Origin: Candidatus Aminicenantes bacterium
GTDB taxonomy: Bacteria; Acidobacteriota; Aminicenantia; Aminicenantales; Saccharicenantaceae
Assembly (NCBI GenBank): GCA_963809345.1
Contig: CAWEJF010000015.1
Location: forward strand, 96,193 to 160,192
Direction: 5' to 3'
DNA length: 64,000 nt
Position 1 is the first letter of the stretch. Each line of letters begins with the position of its first letter. A program made the position numbers and the translations under genes. Shown here piece after piece: positions 57,584-64,000 of the stretch. The notes below the pieces were generated by a model. The model was given only the letters and a program-made list of their open reading frames with translations. It had not been told where the DNA came from and did no database searches.

Positions 57584-57859
57584 ATGGAGATCATTCCCCT
57601 GACCACGGCCAAAGCGAGATTATCGGAGATCATCGCTCGTCTTATTCATCGAAAAGAAGCCGTCGTGATCACCCGGAAGAGGGTCCCCGTTGCCGCCATA
57701 GTCCCCTATGAAGAATGGGCGAAAAAGGAGGCCTCCGATAGAGAAGGACTGGCCGCCGCCGCCGGGGCCTTGGCCGACTTCGATAGCGCCATCGACGAAA
57801 TGGTCGAATCGATCTACACCGCCCGGGAGAAGGCCAAAGACCGGAAGGTCGTTCTCTGA
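57584..57859 (+). CDS. Phd/YefM family antitoxin
   Basis: MEIIPLTTAKARLSEIIARLIHRKEAVVITRKRVPVAAIVPYEEW. Confidence 0.8.
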   Translation: MEIIPLTTAKARLSEIIARLIHRKEAVVITRKRVPVAAIVPYEEWAKKEASDREGLAAAAGALADFDSAIDEMVESIYTAREKAKDRKVVL

Positions 57860-58263
57860 TGTACCTGTTCGATACCGACGTCCTGAGCCGGGTCGTCAAG
57901 GCCGCTCCGCCCCGGGCCCTGGTCGAACGCCTTTCGGGGATCCCGCGCGCCCTTCAATTCACGACGTCGATCAATGCCGCCGAGCTCGTTTATGGCGCGT
58001 GCCGGACCGCGCGTCGCGATGAGCTCATCCGGGCCTTTGAAGAGCTTGTCCTGCCGCGCCTGACCGTGCTGCCCTTCGATCTCGAAAGCGCCCGCGTTTT
58101 CGGACGGCTGAAAGCCTCGCTAGAGAAGCGAGGCCTCCCCCGGAGCGAACCGGACCTGCGCATCGCCGCGATCGCCCTGCAGCATGGGCTCTCGGTCGTC
58201 ACTGGGAACGTCCGGCATTTCGAGGGCATCCCGGGTCTTGCCGTCGAAAATTGGCTGGAGTGA
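57859..58263 (+). CDS. vapC: PIN-domain toxin VapC
   Basis: MYLFDTDVLS...DLRIAAIALQHGLSVVTGNVRHF. TGATG overlap with the antitoxin. Confidence 0.85.
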   Translation: MYLFDTDVLSRVVKAAPPRALVERLSGIPRALQFTTSINAAELVYGACRTARRDELIRAFEELVLPRLTVLPFDLESARVFGRLKASLEKRGLPRSEPDLRIAAIALQHGLSVVTGNVRHFEGIPGLAVENWLE

Positions 58264-58300
58264 CCTCTCCCAGCCTCTAGAAGATCCTACGATCAAGCGG

Positions 58301-58846
58301 CTACTGATAATCGGGAACCCGCGCCTTCTTCCGCAGCTTGGCCATGAGGCTCTTGACCTCCGGCGGCGATAACTTAGTCAAGTCGTATGTCTTGTCGGCG
58401 CTCGACAATCCGCCGATGAGCCCGCCGCCGAGCGCTCCGATCACCAATCCTCCGGCTAATGATGCCGCGATTCCGATGCCGCCCAAGAATTCGTCTTTAT
58501 ATCTTGGATAGGAGACCGCATACGCGACGCCGCCTGCCACCAAGCTGCCCACTGTCGCGCCCACCATCCATGCCGATTTTCGGTAGAGACGGAGGCGCGA
58601 AATGTCCTTGATCGCGACCGTGCGGACCTCTCCTTGCTCGGTCTCGATGACGATCGCATCCGCCCGGACACCGACGACCTCGCCCCGGAACGCCGCGGCG
58701 TCCTGATTCGTGACCACGCTGACCTTAGCTCCAACGTTTCTCCCCGTGGCCGGCAGCCCCTCAGAGATCGTAAGCATGCCGATCAAGCCCGCTACGAGAA
58801 CCCCCCGAACTCCTCTGCCGAAGCTTCTTTGGATGTTCATGGTCAA
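58301..58846 (-). CDS. membrane protein with glycine-zipper region, unknown function
   Basis: N-terminal hydrophobic segment. GGIGIAASLAGGLVIGALGGGLIGG glycine zipper. Confidence 0.55.
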   Translation of the reverse strand: MTMNIQRSFGRGVRGVLVAGLIGMLTISEGLPATGRNVGAKVSVVTNQDAAAFRGEVVGVRADAIVIETEQGEVRTVAIKDISRLRLYRKSAWMVGATVGSLVAGGVAYAVSYPRYKDEFLGGIGIAASLAGGLVIGALGGGLIGGLSSADKTYDLTKLSPPEVKSLMAKLRKKARVPDYQ

Positions 58847-59000
58847 TCTCCCCGGCCTTCCAGGCCCCTGTCTTTTGATGACTCTATAATCGGCCGCGCA
58901 CAGGGAGAGTTGTCAAGGAAATGACAAGATTTTGCCAAGTCTCGGTCAACTCCCGCTTGCGCCGGACCCGGGCCGTGGTAGAATCTAGGTTGAAGCTCAC

Positions 59001-60104
59001 ATGAATAACAACCCTTCCGACAAAGCCGACCCCACCTCCCAATCCCAATCCGATTCCTGCGCCGTCCCCGGCGAGATACCGCCCACCGACTGGGCCGCCG
59101 CCCGCGACGCCGCCATCGACGATTTCCTGGCCCGCTTCGCCACGGACTGTCCCGACCGCGATGTCCTGGCCGACCTGATGGTGGCCATCACGCGCCTGGC
59201 CCGCGACGGCGCCGGCCGCGGCGACCTCAAGCTCCTGACCAACTCCTTCAAAGAGCTCCGCTACGCCTTCAAGGTCTTCGCCCCCTATCACGGCATCCGC
59301 AAGGTCTCGATCTTCGGCTCCAGCCGCACCCCGGCCGACCACCCCGACTTCCTCCAGGCCGAGGCCTTCGCCCGCCGCATGCGCGAGCGCCGCTGGATGG
59401 TCATCACCGGGGCCGGCGACGGCATCATGGGCGCCGGACAGCGGGGGGCCGGTCGCGCCGCCTCGTTCGGCGTGGCCATCCGCCTGCCCCACGAGCAGAG
59501 GACCAACGTCGTCATCGCCGACGACACCAAGCTCATCAACTTCAAGTACTTCTTCACGCGCAAGATCCTCTTCCTCAAGGAGGCCTCGGCCGTCGCCCTG
59601 TTTCCCGGGGGCTTCGGCACCCAGGACGAGGGCTTCGAGGCCATGACCATGATCCAGACGGGCAAGACCAATCTCATGCCACTCGTCATGATCGACGCGC
59701 CCGGCGGCACCTATTGGCAGCACTGGCGGACCTACCTCAAGGCCGAGCTCCTCCACAACGGCATGATCAGCGAAGAGGACATGCATCTGTTCAAGCTGAC
59801 CGACGACATCGACGAGGCCGTGGAGGAGATCGTCGGGTTCTACCGCCGCTACCACTCGATGCGCTATGTCGGGCCGCTCCTCGTTCTGCGGCTCTCCTCG
59901 CCCCTGCCGCCCGACGCGCTCGAGCGCCTCAACGACAACTACGCCTCGATCCTCACCGAGGGCCGCATCGAGCAGCACCTCACCCCTCTCGAAGGCGAGG
60001 GGGAGGACGCCGAATATCCCGACCTGCCGCGCCTGTCGCTCGCCTACAACCGCAAGGACGCCGGCACCCTGCGGCTCATGGTCAACGACATCAACGCGGC
60101 GTGA
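59001..60104 (+). CDS. LOG family (TIGR00730-type) nucleotide phosphoribohydrolase-like protein with N- and C-terminal extensions
   Basis: ITGAGDGIMGAG and PGGFGTQDE motifs. Confidence 0.8.
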   Translation: MNNNPSDKADPTSQSQSDSCAVPGEIPPTDWAAARDAAIDDFLARFATDCPDRDVLADLMVAITRLARDGAGRGDLKLLTNSFKELRYAFKVFAPYHGIRKVSIFGSSRTPADHPDFLQAEAFARRMRERRWMVITGAGDGIMGAGQRGAGRAASFGVAIRLPHEQRTNVVIADDTKLINFKYFFTRKILFLKEASAVALFPGGFGTQDEGFEAMTMIQTGKTNLMPLVMIDAPGGTYWQHWRTYLKAELLHNGMISEEDMHLFKLTDDIDEAVEEIVGFYRRYHSMRYVGPLLVLRLSSPLPPDALERLNDNYASILTEGRIEQHLTPLEGEGEDAEYPDLPRLSLAYNRKDAGTLRLMVNDINAA

Positions 60105-60307
60105 CCTCGGCCCAGGACCTTCCCGGCCCGCCCCGGGACCCCAACCCTATCCCCTTGGGCCCCCCTGGGCTCTGTTCAGATACATAGGTGACACCATGGG
60201 CTATGATAGGTGCCGCCATGTATCTGAAGCCCACGACGAGTTATGGCTCTCTCATTCCGGGATCAGAGGATCTCAGGGCTCTGATCCGCAAGGGGACGAT
60301 CTCTGAG

Positions 60308-61256
60308 GATGCCGCCCGCGCGCCTCAAGTGGTTCGATTATTACAGTCGCTGTGAGGATGCCCGGCTGACCTGCCGCCATTTTCGGCATCTCTCCCCAGA
60401 CCTTCTACCGCTGGAAGAGCCGGTTGGACCCCTATGACCTGACCACCCTGGAGGCCTCGAGCCGGAGGCCGCTCCATGTCCGCCAGCCCCTGATCCCGGC
60501 CCCGGTCCAGGACCGGATCCTGGCCCTTCGGACGAAGTATCCCCGCTGGGAAGGACAAGCTGGTGGTCCTCTTGAGGAGGGAAGGGATCCAAGTCTCCAC
60601 CTCGACGGTCGGCCGGGTCCTGAAGCGGCTCAAGGACCGTGGGCTGCTGGTTGAGCCGGTCAACGTTCGCCAGGCCAAAGAAGCCCGGAAACGCCGGCGG
60701 AGGCCGCGCTATGCCATCCGTATGCCGAAGGATACGTGATCAAGGCTCCCGGAGACCTGGTCCAGGTCGATACCCTTCAGATCCACCTCCGTGGCAATGA
60801 CCGCCGCTGGCAGTTCAGCTCCCGAGACCTGATCTCCCGCTGGGATGTCTCTCAAGCCTTTCGAAACGCTTCAAGCTTCGCCGCGGCACTGTTCCTGGAA
60901 TATATGGAGCGCAAGTTCCCCTTCCCCGTCCGGGCCATCCAGATCGACGGCGGCTCGGAGTTTAAGAAGCACTTCGAGGAGGCTTGCCGGATCCGGGGAT
61001 TCGGCTGTTCATCATCCTGCCCCGCACGCCGAAGCTGCAGGGCTATGTGGAGAGCGCCAACAAGACCCATCGGGTGGAGTTTTACGAAGTCGAGGATATC
61101 GCCTGGAAAATGGAGGACCACAATAAGCAACTGGAAGAGTGGGACCGGACGTACAATACCATCCGGCCTCACCAATCACTTGATTACAAGACGCCGGCTG
61201 AGTACTATCGTCGCTGGAAGAAAAACCAGAAGGCCCTGGTGTCACGGATGTCCTGA
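60308..61256 (+). mobile_element. IS481-like (rve/DDE) transposase gene, frame broken about four times; element ends not identified
   Basis: The conceptual join reads MPPARLKWFDYYSRCEDARLTCRHFGISPQTFYRWK...YPRWGKDKLVVLLRREGIQVSTSTVGRVLK...DLVQVDT...IQIDGGSEF...YVESANKTHRVEF...RPHQSLDYKTPAEYY. The pieces lie in ORFs 60424..60654, 60736..61299 and 60984..61256 plus unlisted frames. Confidence 0.8.
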
Positions 61257-61427
61257 GCCCATTCACGGCGTTGACTCGGGCCATCCTTCCAGGATATAAA
61301 CCGCGCTGGGACTAAGGCTGATCATCTGAAGTAGGGAAACCATCTCATAGGGCTTTCAGAGGAGATTATGTATCCGGGTTTCATGGCATTTTCATGTCTG
61401 GGAGGCCGCCACACCGGCGCACATCTA

Positions 61428-61545
61428 TCACCCTTTCAGATGGGCCTTCCCATCGGCAGGGGTGAGACGAAATTCATCGCGACAGAGGATGGGGAAACTA
61501 TTGACAAGTTGTTGATATTAAATAGATAATACTTTTCACCGGTGA
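61428..61545. promoter_or_regulatory. TCACCC-N26-GGGTGA dyad, TTGACA-N18-GATAAT promoter-like element and TCACCGGTGA palindrome upstream of the adhesin gene
   Basis: 61428-61433 pairs with 61460-61465. TTGACA 61501-61506 and GATAAT 61525-61530. Palindrome at 61536-61545. Confidence 0.35.
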
Positions 61546-61605
61546 CCTATGAACCATATCGCTTCTTCAACATGGCAGGGGAGTTTCCTTCAGAAAGAAG
61601 ACATC

Positions 61606-64000
61606 ATGAAAAGATCTATCACGACACTCACCCTATTCTCGCTGATCGCTTTTGTAGGGATCCTGCAAGGAGCCAGCCCTGCGACAGGACCATCGGATGC
61701 CTTCTTGAAGGAGGCCGCCAAGCCCGTCTCTATTCCCATAATCACCGAGGGCGAATCGATCGATGTCACCATAGACGAGGACAGTAGCCCGACTCCCTTC
61801 ACATTAATCCTCCACGCGACGGACGCGGACAATGACCCGCTCACTTGGGGTATTAACTCGGGGGGGGCCCACGGCTACCCGAACGTGACCAGCGGCACGG
61901 GGACGAGCCAAGAGATCACCTCTACGCCGGCTGCGAATTTCAACGGCAGCGACAGCTTCGTCGTTCGGGTGATTGACGGCGTGGACGGAGGCGACTACAT
62001 CACGGTCAACGTGACGGTCAATCCCCAACGATGCCCCGGTGAACACGGAGGCGGCGGCCGTCTCCGGCACGCTCCACGTTGGAGGGTCCGGACCGGCACA
62101 ACGGGGACCTGGAACGATAATACGGATCTCGTCCCAGGCGCCCTCACATATGCATATCAGTGGCAACGGGCCGACGACGCGTCCGGGAGTAATGCGGTCG
62201 ATATCGCGGGGGCCACAGGCACGACCCTAGACCGTTGTCCTCGCCGACAACCAGAAATATCTCCGTTTCAGCGTCACGGCCGTCGACGACGGCGAAGGCC
62301 TCCCGGTTTCGGCCAGCACCTCGGTGAGCACGGAATGGCAACTCGTCGCCAACAACTCGCCGGGCATCACGGAGGGTACGAGGGTCTCCGTGACGCTCGA
62401 TGAGGACAGCAGCCCGACGGCCTTCTCGCTGACCCTCCACGCGACCGACGGGGACACGGATACGCTGACCTGGGCATCTCGACTGCGCCATCCCACGGCA
62501 CCGCGACCCGCGAACGGAAGCGGGGAGCGAAAAGGCCATCAGCTACACGCCCTCACAGGATTACAACACCGCCGCTGGCGGTTCAGAGAGCTTCGTCGTC
62601 CAGATCGACTAATGGCCTGGCGGGACCGATGTATCACGGTCTACGTGACGGTCATCCCGAGGAACGACGCGCCCGTCAATACCGTTCCAGGAAGCCAGGG
62701 GACCCTCGAGGACACGGCTATCGTCTTTTCCGCCGGGATGGGCAATCCCATTTCGGTGGCGGATTCCTGGACGTCGATGAGACCGTCGACGGAACGCTTC
62801 AGGTAACCTTGTCCGCCGGACACGGAACGTTGACCCTGTCCACTCTCGTCGGATTGACGTTCACCTCGGGGGACGGCGTTTCCGATCCCGCCATGACGTT
62901 CTATTCCTCTTCGGTCGCCCTGATTAGCGCGCTGAACGGATTGGCCTACACGCGGCCACGGATTACACGGTCGACCTGACCGTCGAGACGAGTGATCGAG
63001 GCCACACCGGCGCCGGCGGGGCCATGAGACACGGATGCTGTGCCGATCACCGTGTCCAGCGTGAACGACGCGCCGGCTGTCGGCGGGGTCGTGGCGGCCA
63101 GCGTCGTCGACGCCGATACCGGCGAAACGGCTTATGATTTTCACCGTGACGTTCACCGATGATTCCGCGATCGACATCGCCACCCTGAACAACAGTGATG
63201 TCTACGTGACGACGCCCGGAGCAGCGACTATTGCCGCTGCGTTCGTGTCCGTCGATGTGGCCACCAACGGGACGCCCCGCACGGCGACCTATCGGATCGT
63301 GCCGCCCGGCGGCAGCTGGGATGTCACGGATAACGGAACGTATACGATCGGCATATACGCCTCTCAGGTTAGCGACGACGAAGCGGCCACGGTTGTGGCC
63401 AGCGCCAACATCGGGACCTTCGCCGTGGCCCTAGAAACGATTGCGCCGGCGCTTCTCGACTCACCTCGAACACGGCTAACGGCAGCTACAATGCGGGCCA
63501 CGCGATCATGGTCCAAGTCACCTTCAGCGAGTCCGTCATCGTCACCGGTAATCCCCAGATCACGATGGAAACGGGTGCTTCCGACGGGATTGCGAAGCCT
63601 GATGACCGGAAGTGGGACTTCCGTCCTCACGTTCATGTATACGGTCCTGTCTCCGCACGTGTCCGCGGACCTCGATTATGCGGGGACGAACGCCCTCTCC
63701 CTGAACGGGGGGACGGTCAAGGATGCCGCAGGCAACGACGCCGTTCTGATTCTGCCCGTGCCCGGCGTGGCTGGGTCCCTCAGCGCCAACAAGGACATCG
63801 TCATTGATACCGAAGCCCCGGCGGCGCCGAACGCCCCCGACCTCCAAGCGTCGAGCGACACGGGGACCTTGAACACGGACAATATCACGGACAACACCAC
63901 CCCTACCTTCGACATCGCGGGCGTCGAAACCGGGGCCACAGTGACACTGACCAGCCAAGTTGTCGGCGGCAACTCATCGTCGTCCAGGCCGTCGCTGGCG
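61606..64000 (+). CDS. 5' part of a giant repetitive cadherin-like/Ig-like surface adhesin (runs off the window), many frame breaks
   Basis: Signal peptide [23 protein letters not shown]. Repeated modules ITEG..V.VT.DEDSSPT.F.L.LHATD.D.D.LTW, NDAPV spacers, [24 protein letters not shown], and [33 protein letters not shown]. The sequence is distributed over all three forward frames. Confidence 0.8.

Noticed and set aside
60308-61256. Programmed -1 frameshifting in the transposase (IS3-style orfA/orfB).
   Set aside because: There are four breaks in both directions, no A6G-type slippery site, and the protein architecture is the single-ORF IS481 type.
60222-61332. ATCTGAAG direct repeats as a target-site duplication defining the IS ends.
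   Set aside because: The sequences immediately inside these repeats are not inverted repeats of each other.
1-64000. CRISPR arrays, rRNA, tRNA, integrons, prophage blocks.
   Set aside because: No regularly spaced direct repeats, no conserved rRNA/tRNA sequence features and no phage structural genes were seen on either strand.

Overview
High-GC (roughly two-thirds G+C by eye) chromosomal segment from a Gram-negative-type bacterium. PEP-CTERM, TonB_C and outer-membrane barrel proteins suggest an Acidobacteriota/Aminicenantes-like lineage, but that is only a guess. No rRNA, tRNA or CRISPR was seen. I support about 55 genes. They include an S9 peptidase and a PAS-GGDEF cyclase. An ECF sigma / zinc anti-sigma pair is followed by a secreted protein with three tandem TonB_C domains. 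There is a tightly coupled 5-gene redox operon (9.2-15.4 kb) and an orphan corrinoid protein. A tiny PEP-CTERM peptide gene precedes a C69 dipeptidase + SSS transporter + rlmN block. A glycan-utilisation cluster (GH38, GH15-like, Gfo/Idh/MocA, PfkB, two URO-D/MtaA-like proteins) spans 27-37 kb. A pseudo-receiver (Asp to Glu) appears fused to a TonB_C protein. A BlaI/BlaR1-like pair has a non-canonical sensor and a downstream M48 protease. Then comes hrpA. The 3' end is an accessory stretch with three adjacent PIN toxin-antitoxin modules, a LOG-family gene, an IS481-like element and the start of a giant cadherin-like adhesin. Main second-look items: a perfect 28-bp-arm palindrome read through in frame inside hrpA; the signalling modules built on TonB_C domains; a promoter-to-terminator unit with no ORF at the 5' end; a recurring TCACC(CC)/GGTGA dyad in several promoter regions; and many +/-1 reading-frame breaks, most of those I could place lying in or next to short homopolymer runs, concentrated in the accessory end. 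Those breaks mean either assembly indels or gene decay. Many long antisense ORFs in the track are GC artefacts and were rejected. All functional calls rest on motifs read by eye, not on searches.
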